Origin: Octopus sinensis
Taxonomy: Eukaryota
Assembly: GCF_006345805.1 (NCBI RefSeq)
Contig: NC_042999.1
Coordinates: forward strand, 157,728,001 to 157,792,000
Length of the DNA: 64,000 nt
Direction of reading: 5' to 3'
The notes under the pieces are model-generated. The model had not been told where the DNA came from. It searched no databases and saw only the letters and a program-made list of their open reading frames with translations. How positions within the stretch are numbered: the first letter of the stretch is position 1; every line of letters starts with the position of its first letter. Both the position numbers and the translations under genes were made by a program. Shown here in pieces: positions 12,319-24,132 of the stretch.

Positions 12319-13204
12319 ATATCCATGTATAATTAATTCATCCAACGTCTTTTTTCTTTTAATTTAGTAGAATGTGTTTTGATGGATGCATGGTTGCTAT
12401 TTCTGTCAGAAGCGGCCATGTGTAAACTCTTTTATTGCACCATGTTTTGCTCTGTTTTATTTTTTCTGTGGTTTTCTGCGTAATATCATACAGTAGTTAG
12501 CACATTAAACTAAAAAAATATAGATTCTATTCAATTTCATCCCGTTGAGCCTGATATTGGGAGATATATACTCTTTGATTACAATATACGTATCAAAGAA
12601 GAGGTGGAGACAACAAAATTCTAATACTAAAAACACGACACGAAAAGAATATTGATTTCTTGCGTAGGTGCGAATTTCAGATTTAAAGAAAAATTGTGTT
12701 AACATCGTGAAGTGAAATATTACCTAACTCACACCAGCTCTCCAGGTACTTCAATCTATTTTCTTCTTCACTTACCAAATCAAGGTAGAAATATATTCTT
12801 CCTGTTAAATAACTGAGTCACTTTTTAAAGGGAAGAATATAGCGAAGATTGAATTTATTTCAGTAAATTGCTGGTCCTCATTTAAAATATCTCGTGAAGG
12901 ACGAAAGATAAAATGCGAGAGGAAAACAAATTAAATGCTGCGAACATCAAATTCAAACACTGGAACTGAAGGAAACGAGTGGTTGTTGATTTGAGCCTCA
13001 AGTCAATTCTGACTGAGCAGACTTAGGAGCAAAATAGTCCACTCATGGCCATCCCGTCTTTTTAGGATAATGCAGGACTGTATTATTTAGCGTGTTCTTT
13101 CTTTATTTAAGAAGCTAAGGCTTGACAAGGAGGAGATTGTGCTATTTCCAGTAGGTTGAGGGTCCATGCAGAAGCTCCCTCGTGTATAGTGTATAATAAT
13201 AAAA

Positions 13205-13456
13205 TAAATGTGCCCTTTTAAAGCCTAGCCAGGCTCATGGGCCCAGTTTCCCGATTTCAATGGCGTATGTGTTCCCCAGCTGGAAGGGACGCCAGTTCAT
13301 CGCAGCGTTACTCATTTTTGCCAGCCGAGTGGACTGAGGCAACGTGAAATGAAGTGTTTTGCTCAAGAATACAACACATCATCCGGTCCAGGAATCGAAA
13401 CCACAATCTTACGATCATGATGCTGACACCTAACCACTAAACCACGCGCCTTCACG
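13205..13456 (-). mobile_element. SINE family F (tRNA-like head, CORE-like centre, V-like tail)
   Basis: Minus strand gtgaaggcgcgtggtttagtggttagg..ggtttcgattcctgg..cttgagcaaaacacttcatttcacgttgc..aaatgagta..gcgatgaactggcgtccc. Domain names are from memory. Confidence 0.7.
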
Positions 13457-13879
13457 CGTATAGTGTACACTGGTCTCTTATTCGGAGAATAGAAAAAACA
13501 TTTTCAATTGATTGAACAACTTCCAAACGCTATGATCCTCTTAATTTCACTACACAAACATTAGCCCTTATCTTTAAACTCCTTAAAAAGATGTAAAACA
13601 TTTAATGCAGTTCTCTATAACCATGACCATTACCATCACATTGCGTAATCTCAGAAATACGGATTATTTTTCATAGGTTAGAGGCATCGAGTGATGTCCT
13701 CGAATCTTTGTCAAAAAGAATTATTGGATCGTCGGCTTTATTTCATTAAAAGTTTTTTAAAAGTTTGTATATACTATATAACCTGTGTATGAAAAGAGAT
13801 TCTCAAATGAGAGAATATTTCTTTCCCTCCTCACATTGAGAAAGAGGAGAGAGAGAAAGAAGGAAACAAAGAAGACGAT

Positions 13880-13887
13880 GTACGTAC

Positions 13888-13918
<31 letters not shown>

Positions 13919-14240
13919 TGTATGTATGTATGCATTCATGTTTGTATGTATGTATGTATGTATGTAAGTATGTATGTATGTATGTATGTATGTATGTATG
14001 TATGTATGTATGTTTGTATGTATGTATGTTTGTGTGTATGTATGCATGTATGCATGTATGTATCTATGCATGTATGTATGTATGTATGTATGTATGTACG
14101 TATGTATGTATGAATGTATGCATGTATGTATGTATGTATGTATGTATGTATGCATGTTTGTATGTATGTATGTATGTATGTATGTATGTATGTATGTATG
14201 TATGTATGTATGTATGTATGTATGTATGTATGTACGTACG
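13880..14240. repeat. (TATG)n microsatellite
   Basis: Direct reading. Confidence 0.95.
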
Positions 14241-15091
14241 TACTTATGAAGGAAACTATTAAAATTAGGCTATGCTCGACACCAATTCGCTTCATTTACG
14301 CTAATGGTACTTTTGAAAAGTTCTAGTCTCCTGTGGATGGATATTCGTATGACAGACCGAGTCCGCTCTTTGAATCACTCGGACATTCGACCTAACGTAC
14401 ATGTTTATAAAACCAGAAGAAACGCAGGGATTAAACATTAAAATGTATATGAGGAATTAAAACGGAAATAGATCAGATGGTATTAACTCATAAAACATAA
14501 CAGTATCTTGCTAGAAATTTATTCTTAGAATGACTTGAAATATAAACAGAATTAAAAAAAAAATATCCATCACATTACATTTGAATAAAGATCATGCGTA
14601 TTAACAATGGATAAATTAGAAGAAAATAAACTAAGGCAGAAAAAAAATGTTGGCACAGTTTTCAATTATTGGTTTCTTGCATAAGAAGACAAAGGCAAAT
14701 ATTTATAATAGGGGAATGCAGTTGACTCTAGTCTTTTATCATTGATGTGTTTTTTGTATCTACCTAAGAAAGAAGAATTGAAAGTTAATTACGACAAAAT
14801 TTATGGTTGGGTCATAGAAAAACCAAAGTACATGATATACACATTTATTTTTACCAACTCTGTGTTCTTGAATTTTTTTTAAGTGGTAATAGCAAACGGA
14901 TCCTAGAATTGCAAAAGTTTTGAGATTACAAAAGAAAAATTCACGGTGAGTATCCCATTATCGAAATAGTGTTCTATCCAACGCCATGATATTCTTTTTC
15001 GAATGTTTAAATCCATTTAGCTGTAATTTTGTACTGTGATTTAGTATGACATTCTACCCTACAAAGCAATACCATCAATGGAAAGGCAGTA

Positions 15092-15308
15092 AAGGTGGCG
15101 AGTTGGCAGAGTCGTTAACACGCCAGGCAAAATGTTTAGCAGCATTTCGTCCGTCTTTACGTTCTGAGTTCAAATTCCACCGCGATTGACTGCCTTTTAT
15201 CCTTTTAGAGTCGATAAAATAAGTACCAGTCATGTATTGAGGTCGATGTGATCGACTTACGCCTTCCTACCAAATTTGAACCCTTGTGTCTGTAATAGAA
15301 AGGATTAA
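15092..15308 (+). mobile_element. SINE C' copy
   Basis: ggtggcgagttggcagagtcgttaac head; tail ccttgtgtctgtaatagaaaggatt. Confidence 0.75.
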
Positions 15309-16809
15309 TTGAAAGATATTTAATTAAAGTACGGTTACGATCATAGCTTGAAGAAGGATAACATCTTATCCTGTCTATACTCCGTGAACACGTTCTTTTC
15401 AAGCGCTGTCAATACGTCTCAATTCGCTTATATGTCTCACATGCATAGATAAAGGTTAGTGGACATTTCCCGTAACCGTCTAAAGAACACGCCATCTATT
15501 TCAACGTAATTCAAGTTAATTTGCACACAGATCATGCTTCGATTCTAAATAAGTTCTAGTAAATAGCCTATAAATAGAATTGTCGATCGTTGTCAACGGT
15601 GATGCTATAAACATTATGAAAGGCGTTAAGCTGTTTAGTCCAGCAATCACTGAAAAGTTTAGAATTTTCTTCACCATCATACGTTTTCGGTTCTTGCAAT
15701 TAGATCTCCTAACTTTACCCAATAATTCATTTTGTAATGCGCAGAGCTTTTGATGTATTATGCAAAGGCACCAATTAAATAGACCTGCGTTTATAATTTG
15801 TCGGATGGAAAACAATGAATCTGCGTTCAGAACTTTCTTTGCTTCGGAAATATACAAAAGCATCAGTGACGTAAACGAAGCGAATTGGTGCCAGCCATAA
15901 GCTGAAAACAAGCGGTGAATTAGGATTTGCTGAAATCTCATCTCTTACAACAACATCAACAACAGCAGTAGCAGCAACCAAAGTAATAACTACAAGAAGA
16001 AAGAGAACTCTTGATGTAGTTCTCAAAACATGGATTATAAAGGTGCTAATATTAATAAGGAACTCCCTGGCCAGCTAGACGTATTCATAGTTCACCTCTT
16101 CGACTTTTATTAGACGGATTATTAGATTAGAAAAGTTTCATCAAAATAAACTAATAAATATTTTATTAGACCGGTTTTCTCACCAGAACGCATGTTCTCA
16201 TAATCAGAAAGACGCAGCTCTAAGGATAGCAGTTTGTCTTCTCAAGATTCGACAGAACAAAGAAAAACACAACAATACAAAGAACACGGTGTAGAAAGAG
16301 AAAGAGTTTAAACGTTGTCCGATGTTACTTGGAGAACGCATGACGATTGAGAGAACCATAAACAATGGCAGCAAAGTCTCACCTGCTTCAAAAATGTCTG
16401 GTTAAATAAAACTACAATAATTGTTGTATTACAGGAAAATGTTTCTCTTGCAACCTTGCCTTTCAAAACAACCCACAATTCTACGACAATAAGCGGTTTC
16501 TTATAAAAATATATAAAAATAGGCATATTTTGGAAACCCAGTTTTGAAAACGATGCTACGTATAAAAACAATCCAGCCTGTGACAACATCCACAACTTTT
16601 GGTGGTTGTCATCATGTAACATACATTATTAGATAAAGATCTTCTTTAAAACCGGCCTAAATAATTGACCAAGTACTTAGATGGATTTCTTCTGGGAGAA
16701 CAAATATGAACCTCAAGAAAAGACTCATCTAACTACCAGCCCTTAACTTATTTGCTTGTAATATATATATACTGCTCCCCACCAAAATATCTAGTAGGAT
16801 AGTCAAATA

Positions 16810-16859
<50 letters not shown>

Positions 16860-16860
<1 letters not shown>

Positions 16861-17040
16861 ATCCAACAAGAAAACACAGAAAAAAAGAGAAAAAAACACA
16901 GCAACGCAGGACGTGGAACAATTAAAGTATTATTGACGCTCAGGAAAGAAGGGAAGGAGGGTTTAACGTTTCGAGCGGAGCTCTTCGTCGGAAACAAGGA
17001 GAAGGAAAGATCCCAAGGAGGGAAGACAGAGGAGACAATA
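16860..17040 (-). mobile_element. Penelope-like element LTR fragment
   Basis: Hammerhead-like core followed by ttcctgagcgtca, a motif shared with the copy at 17845-18025. Confidence 0.55.
16961..16995 (-). ncRNA. Minimal type I hammerhead ribozyme motif (variant core CCGACGA)
   Basis: RNA GUUU-CCGACGA-A-GAGC(UCC)GCUC-GAAAC-GUU-AAAC: stem I GUUU/AAAC, stem II GAGC/GCUC, palindromic ACGU stem III. Confidence 0.6.
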
Positions 17041-17144
17041 TTTGAGCTGGTGGTGCTTAAGAGATCACATGTTGAAAAGAACAGAATTTGGAGGTAGTTG
17101 AAAAATGGTTTTATAATGCAAGAGAGTTCCAAAAAAAAGGGAAT

Positions 17145-17765
17145 GCCTGTGTGTGTGTGTGTGTGTGCAAGATGACAAGTGTGTTTGTGCGTGCGTGCGT
17201 GTGTGTGTGTGTGTGTGTGTGTGTATTTTTGGTGAATAGAGGTAATGACAAAGCCAGCTGTGGTGATGACTGCTAGCTGTTTGTGTCAAGCTAGGTCAAA
17301 GCCAGGTCAAAAAACATCATAGTGTGTGTGTTGTTTGTAGTGTGTGTGTGTGTGTGTGTGTGTGCATGTGTGTTCGTGTGTGTATGCGTAGAGTGTGGGT
17401 GTGTGGCGTAACCTAGTACGTGTGTGCTTGTACGTGCGTGTGTGTGTGTAGGGGGATGTATATGTGGGTTCATTTGTGTGAGAGTGTATGTATGTGCGTG
17501 TATGTGTGCGTTTGTATGTGTTTGTGTGTATGTGTGCGTGCGCGGATAGGTGAATATTGTGTATGTATATCTGTCGGTGTGTATGTGAGTTTGTGTGTGT
17601 TTGTACGCGTGTATGTGTGTGTGAGTGTATCGTATATATATATATGTAAATGTGTGTGTGTGTGTGCGTGTGTGTGTACGTGCGTGCGAGCGAATGTATG
17701 TATATATGTGTGCGTGTGTGTACAATGTAGGGGCTTATATGTGTGTTTATATGTGTGTGTGTATG

Positions 17766-17830
<65 letters not shown>
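17145..17830. repeat. Degenerate (TG)n with (TA)n and (GA)n tracts
   Basis: Direct reading. Confidence 0.9.
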
Positions 17831-17833
<3 letters not shown>

Positions 17834-17844
17834 TCGCCATGATA

Positions 17845-18025
17845 GATCGTGAGCCACTACACACATTTTTTTATCTCCTTGTTTTTTTCCTTTTTTCTGT
17901 GTCCCTTTCTGTAGAAGAGCGTAGGCTCGAAACGTAAAAGACTTTTTCTATTCCTGAGCGTTATACTAATACATCTGTTTGTTTTGTACACCACCTGTCT
18001 TCGTCTTTTGTTTTTTTTTCGTATA
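17845..18025 (+). mobile_element. Penelope-like element LTR fragment
   Basis: Hammerhead-like core followed by ttcctgagcgtta. Confidence 0.55.
17901..17942 (+). ncRNA. Minimal type I hammerhead ribozyme motif (variant core CUGUAGA)
   Basis: RNA GUCC-CUUU-CUGUAGA-A-GAGC(GUAG)GCUC-GAAAC-GUA-AAAG-AC: stem I CUUU/AAAG, stem II GAGC/GCUC. Confidence 0.6.
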
Positions 18026-18088
18026 TTCTCCCTATATATATATATATATACATACATACACATATATCTGTGTGTGTGTGTGTGTCTT

Positions 18089-18210
18089 CGTGACATAAAC
18101 CTAAGAAACGTTTTAGGGATGCCCTCAAAAACAAGCTTAAGACTCTTATTGTAGATGTTAAAGACTGGAGAGCAGACAACAGGAAACGATGGTTCTAAAG
18201 CATTTGAAAC
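18089..18210 (+). mobile_element. RTE-like LINE C-terminal remnant
   Basis: HKPKKRFRDALKNKLKTLIVDVKDW resembles RTE C-termini (..KKRFKD..K..LK...ID...W). Confidence 0.45.
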
Positions 18211-18407
18211 ACGGAAAAATTGAACACTCCACCTTGCAACGAGCACTGTATAAATAGGACTTGACTTTAATCCCAGACACTTTTCTGCTTGAAAATGTTT
18301 GAAACATCTCCAGTAGGGTCTTTTTGTCCAAAACCAGACTTGCAGGTCATAGATCAGATGACGGCGTCTACGAATTTAAGACATGGCTTTCTTCTCCATT
18401 TGTATAA

Positions 18408-18554
18408 TTAATTCCTGTAGAGCAGAAAGGTTGTAAAGGTAATCCAGCGAGAGAATTGATCAACTCCATGGTAAAAAATATGTTGTTGGATGATGCAGAA
18501 GTACGCAAAAAGAACCTGCTGTATACCTTTGATTCTATCGCTCATGACACATGA
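18408..18554 (+). mobile_element. R4/Dong-like RT remnant
   Basis: LIPVEQKGCKG..ELINSMVKNMLLDDAEVRKKNLLYTFDSIAH resembles the EQKGC..QLLINKMIL....RKKNL...KAFDSVPH pattern. Confidence 0.55.
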
Positions 18555-18653
18555 ATATCTGTAAGAGATTTCGGTGGGATAGTAGTTCTCTTCATTCCAT
18601 TGTATGCTTATCACCTTAAAGTTAATAAACAAAAATGCCAATTTGAGATAGTT

Positions 18654-18692
<39 letters not shown>

Positions 18693-19552
18693 GAAGAGAG
18701 AGAGAGAGAAAGAGTGGAGGGGGGAAACCAGGTTCAGCTACCGCATCGTTGTTATGGACGGCTTAAAATTGCATGCCACAAATAGTCCCCAGTTTGAGAG
18801 GTTTTCCTAAACGAATAGAAAAATATTGATTTCAAAGTTTGGTAGAAGGTCAGAAAATTCGAGGTGAAGTTGATTACACCGACTTAGTTTTATAGAAATG
18901 TAGTTTTTCTTTAATACTTTTGGGCGGAAGAGATGACAGAAGGTCGTAATGCGTCGAGACAGACAAACCAAACAAACCATTGATTGGTCTCCTGATAGGT
19001 GAAATAATACAAGGATGGACAAATTTCACGTTTTACAAGTACTTGGGCACAACTGAAAATGAATGAAAACTTTGAATAAAGATTAAGAATGAATGTTTTA
19101 ACACAATCAAGTATATTTAAAAAAATTCATCTCAATAGCAAGAACACTCTGTATCATTAACACATTTGCAGAGTCAAACGTAAGATATAGCTAGTGTTGG
19201 ACTTAGATTCCATAGACTGTAATATGAGAGATCTACTAAAATCACTACACTGCTTACAGAATATTTGATATCCAAAAACCCTAGATAGGAAAATGACAGG
19301 AGAGCAATATATGAATGTAGTTATTAATCTTGTATTTATCTTTGCACTTTACAAGAAAGTCTGCTACGTGCCCTTGTTGACTATGATTGTAGAAGATGAA
19401 ATAAATCGACTATATCTACAGAACTTACAATCTCACAAAACGATCAATAACTATTTCGAACATCTCCCCGCCCCCACAAAGGATAAACTGATGGCATATA
19501 GGTCAACCGTGGGGAGCAACCATAAAAACGGACCTTTACGGTGAACTGTCTA

Positions 19553-19954
19553 GGATCTTTTCGGTTTGAACGGCAGTTTTTTCTAGCGGTGTCATATGAA
19601 ATTGTCACCCATAATTATGACCCTAGAATCGATCTATTGCATTTCAATCTCTTTTAGGGTTAGGGGTGGGGGAAGGGTATCTTTTTTTCTTCACAAATGT
19701 AAATAAACCCAATCTGTTTCTTAAACGAGGGACATATTCATACGGCACAGAATGTTTTTTACCTCAATGGACGTCATTGATTGGTTAAAATTGAAGAAAA
19801 AACAACAACAAATATCTTACAAACTATAGAATTTTCTCAATAAAAGCAAGAGAAAAAGATGTTTTATAAACACATTCTACCAGTATACAAAGTTTAAAAT
19901 TTTTTAGTTACCTAGAAATTATGTTAAAAACTGCCGTTCAAACCGAAAAGATCC
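19553..19954. mobile_element. ~400-bp MITE family E, copy 1
   Basis: TIR ggatcttttcggtttgaacggcagttttt; 8-bp flanks actgtcta / actgacta. Confidence 0.9.
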
Positions 19955-19991
19955 ACTGACTATGCAATATATTGATTTTATTTCAAATAAT

Positions 19992-20203
19992 TTCAAATTT
20001 TGGCACTAGGCCAGCAATTTTAGTGGAGTGGCAAATCAATTACATCGACTCTAGTGCTCAACTGGTACTTATTTTATCGACGCCGGAAGGGGTGAAAGGC
20101 AAAATCAGCCTCGGTGGAATTTGAACTCTGAACGTAAAGACAAGCAGTGTACCACTAAGCATTTTGTCCAGCGTGCTAACGATTCCCCCAGCTCACTGCC
20201 TCA
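19992..20203 (-). mobile_element. SINE C' copy
   Basis: Head, B-box and C' tail on the minus strand. Confidence 0.75.
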
Positions 20204-21049
20204 AGGGTACGCCATATATGAATAAAAAAAACCAATTATGTTTTATGCTGGATAAACCAGTTCGGCCTGAATGTGACAACAAAAGCATCAATATTCGCAT
20301 TATGGGAGCTGGAAATTTATCGTTGCCAGATATATTAGAGGGATATCCTTAACTCCTATGATATAGGTGATAAGTTTCGCCTATTTGATGTGATTTTTGA
20401 AACAACAAGCTACATCGTATCAATACATCCCACATTATCTCCAACAATTTAACATAGCAAAGCTACTCTGCATACACCCAGTTACACATTTTCAGCTGTT
20501 TTAACAAAAAGAAAACAAAAACTCTGTAGTACTCATTTGAATCTCCACATATGTTAGAAAACGATAAGGTGAAATAGCTATGGATACTTTCCAAATCATC
20601 AAAACATAAAACAGCTCATAATAAGTCTAACACCATTTTTTTTATCATGACAAAAACTACAACAGCATACTAATTAGCGACACAGTAGTACCAAACGACA
20701 ATGAGGCTGTATAGAAACGAACTTAAAGGCAAAAAAGTAAGACGGAAACAAGCTGTTGAATACTAAAAAAAGAAAATTCTGGCAGTTAACGAATGTGCGT
20801 TATCATCCCATTTTTTACTAGCACAATTATTACGATACACAACTATTTCTATAAGAACACTGACAGTTTATTTATAATGATAAACATAGGCACGTTCCAG
20901 AAATTAACAATACTGGGATCTCATAAGTATTGTTAGAGCTTTTTCATGCATCATCTTAATTTATTATGTACCCAATCTTGGCTTTGAGAAAAGAAACTTT
21001 TGATGCATTTCCAAACCATGATTAAGAAAGATAACTAAAAACCAAAAAA

Positions 21050-21665
21050 ATAATGGGTTCAAATTTTGGCACAAGGTTAGCAACTTCAGTGAGGGGGTAA
21101 GTCGATAATATCGACTCCTGTATTCAACTGATACCTATTTTTATCGACCCAGAAAGAATGAAGAGGGAAATCAGCCTCAGCGGAATTTGAACACAGAACT
21201 TAAAGACAGACGTAATAACTATTTCTTTACTACCCAGAAGGGGCTAAACACAGAGAGGACAAACAAGGACAGACAAATGGATTAAGTCGATTATATCGAC
21301 CCCAGTGCGTAACTGGTACTTATTTAATCGACCCCGAAAGGATGAAAGGCAAAGTCGACCTCGGCGGAATTTGAACTCAGAACGTAACGGCAGACGAAAT
21401 ACGGCTACGCATTTCGCCCGGCGTGCTAACGTTTCTGCCAGCTCGCCGCCTTTAATACTCCTTTCTGCTATAGGCACAATACCCGAAATTTTGGGGGATT
21501 GAGGAAGTCGATCATATCGCCCCCAATATTCCTCAGCTGGTACTTATCTTATTGACTTCACAATGATGAAAGGCAAAGTCGACCTCGGCGGGATTTGAAC
21601 TCAGAAATCAAAGCCGGAGGAAATGTCGCTAAACATTTTGTCCAGCGTATCTGCTTAATACTCGT
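21050..21665 (-). mobile_element. SINE cluster: C' (21455-21665), C (21220-21452), diverged C' body (21050-21219)
   Basis: The C tail joins the C' body at the recurrent internal site (21219/21220). Confidence 0.85.
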
Positions 21666-22189
21666 TGCCTAATATAACAATAATTATCGTTTGGCGGGGG
21701 TGGGTGGGTAAAAAAAAACACAGCCACATGATTTAAAAAAACCCTTTTGAAACAGGAATCATCTGAAGCAGTTATAATACACCGCTCCTGTCGCCATTAT
21801 AACCACCGATACAATTTTATCCTCCTCCCATACATATCTTGACCATCGTCATCATCAACACTGTCTCTGCTTTCACCACAATCACCGTCAAAACTACGAT
21901 CACCACAATCAGTTTCTTTACACAGTTGAAAATCCATTATCCGATACTCATAGGACCGAGATTGTTGCAGAGTTTTGATTTTTCTAATTTCTGAGGGATT
22001 TATTAAAAAGAAATGCATCTACAAAACGGAACAGTTCGAGGATAGAAACCAAGTCTAAACACAATAGCTTACAGACATACTCTGAATGTAGTTCTATATG
22101 GATCTTTAATATTTTTTTTATACTTATGACCATCAGAAATGTTAAGATATCAGCCTCTACCCACGTTGTCATGCTTTGATTAAAAGGTT

Positions 22190-22545
22190 ACAGCATAAAT
22201 TAGATTGCTTAGATATGTTTCGGCCGAAGTTGACTCAGGCCATGTCTAATTTAATTGCACCACCTGGAAGAGATACACAGTCAGCTCTGGGGAACCGTAG
22301 CCCATTCAAGCAGAGGGTTATTGTTTTCAGAGACATATTTGGGAGTGAGTGGTTTATCTGGTATTTGTTGGGGGTAATCATCTAGGGATCATTTGAATGC
22401 CGTGAAGTCACTTTCCTCCTTTATGTGTGTCTGACACGATGTTGAAAAGAGCAGGGCCAATTGAGGTGAAATAGTTCTGTCATAGTGTTGTGATACGACA
22501 CGAACATTTCTATAGAGGACGGGTGACACGGGGGCCGAAGAGAAT
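22190..22545 (-). mobile_element. L2/CR1-group LINE 3' remnant
   Basis: Minus-strand pieces NYFTSIGPALFNI and IPDKPLTPKYVSENNNPLLEWATVPQS*, typical of this LINE C-terminus. Confidence 0.55.
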
Positions 22546-22557
22546 ATAAAGTGCTAG

Positions 22558-22740
22558 GTAATTGACTTTACAATCCCAAATGATGAGAAAGTCAATATGA
22601 GCGGTATAGAGAAACTAACAAAATACCAGGACCCTGTCATTGAGCTACAGAGGCTATGAAAAGTGCGGGTAAAATGTACTTATAGGTACATTAAGAAATA
22701 TTCCTAAAGATTTGAACAGACAGATAGAGGAAATAGGCAG
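22558..22740 (+). mobile_element. R4/Dong-like restriction-like endonuclease remnant
   Basis: VIDFTIPNDEKVNMSGIEKLTKYQDPVIELQRL*KV resembles the ID..VP.D......EK..KYQDL..E..RLW motif. Confidence 0.6.
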
Positions 22741-22756
22741 TGTTATTAGGGACAGC

Positions 22757-23183
22757 AGATCTTTTCGGTTTGAACGGCAGTTTTTTCTAGCGGTGTCATG
22801 AAATTGTCACCCATAATTATGACCCTAGTATCGATCAATTGCATTTCAATCTATTTTAGGGTTAGGGTTAGGGTTAGGGTTAGGGGTCGGGGAAGGGTAT
22901 CTTTTTTTTCTTAACAAATGTAAATAAACCCAATCTGTTTCTTAAACGAGGGACATATTCATACGGCACAGAATGTTGTTTACCTCAATGGACGTAATTG
23001 ATTGGTTGAAATTGCAGAAATTGAAGAAAACAAAACCCAAATATCTTACAAACTATAGAATTTTCTCAATAAAGCCAAGAGAAAAAGATGTTTTATAAAC
23101 ACATTCTACCAGTATACGAAGTTTAAAATTTTTTAGTTACCTACAAATTGTGTTAAAAACTGCCGTTCAAACCGAAAAACTCC
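22757..23183. mobile_element. MITE family E, copy 2, with (TTAGGG)4
   Basis: TIRs; perfect 8-bp TSD gggacagc at 22749-22756 and 23184-23191. Confidence 0.9.
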
Positions 23184-24132
23184 GGGACAGCCCGTATACT
23201 TAGTAAGGTTCTTGGCATCTAAGGTTATTTTTTGTAGTCCAACGTTATGAATTTTTTTCTGTTGTGCGTATATGAAATAATAATAGTAAAATTAATAATT
23301 TCTTAATAAAATTTGTAACAATAATAGTGATAGTTTAAGTAGTTTCTTGTTTATGTTAACTATTGTTGGGTAATGGCAAACTTAACTGAATGAAAAAAAA
23401 AAGCAAAAAAAAAAAAAACACTACAAAGAATTTTGCCGACTTGCAACTGTTGAAGAGGAACGTTAACTTGGTCGATTTGGCTGGTCTCGGCGGGCCTGCG
23501 TAAGATATAGGCACATCCCATTTCTCCTGACTCAACCAAACAATCTGACTCAACCAAACAATTTTCTGTAAAGTCTACCGATCTAGAAACTAATATAGTA
23601 ATTGCAATGGTTAAAGTTTCCGCTATTTTGCATTAGTTTCTGCACAAATGATCACTAATAATATCTACCAAAATTACTAACTTACTGAACAAAACAACAA
23701 AAATAGAAAATGAAACAAAATAAAATAAAACCAAGATCGATACACTTTATTAACGTCATGATCTATTATCTATTATGAAACGAGAACTAAAACAGTCTCT
23801 TATGAAAGCGTTTAGGTTAACTGAATAAAAATTGATGAAAACAAAAAGCAGAGTGTACTCGATATTTGGTTTTCGTCAAATTTATTATTTTTTCCTGATG
23901 TCGGATAGATATTCGTGTCTGCGACACCACTTATGTTAATTAAGTGTAAAAATACTTTCTGATACGTTCAAACGCCTTTTCTGTATAATATCATGACAGT
24001 TTATAGTGATGCGATAAATTGAGACGTCAAAATAACAGTTCTTCATGCTGTACGTACCATTTACCACCACCTCAAACACTTTTCTCTCATTTTCTTTTTT
24101 TTTTTTTTGTAGCCTGCCTCAGTAAAACACGT

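Noticed and set aside
12776-12801. 26-nt minus-strand microexon candidate (ttatttaacag|...ttg|gtaagt)
   Set aside because: Splice-like signals are common by chance, the length is not a multiple of 3, and no partner exons were identified.
16308-16622. 104-aa minus-strand ORF, and similarly 51689-51901
   Set aside because: No recognisable motif or supported exon structure.
22855-22885. (TTAGGG)n as a relic of a chromosome-end fusion
   Set aside because: The tract is an internal part of the family-E MITE, present at the same position in other copies.
23465-23485. Peptide NLVDLAG, matching the kinesin switch II motif
   Set aside because: It is followed by LGGPA* instead of SER, has no acceptor upstream and only a poor donor (gtctcg), and no other kinesin motifs were found.
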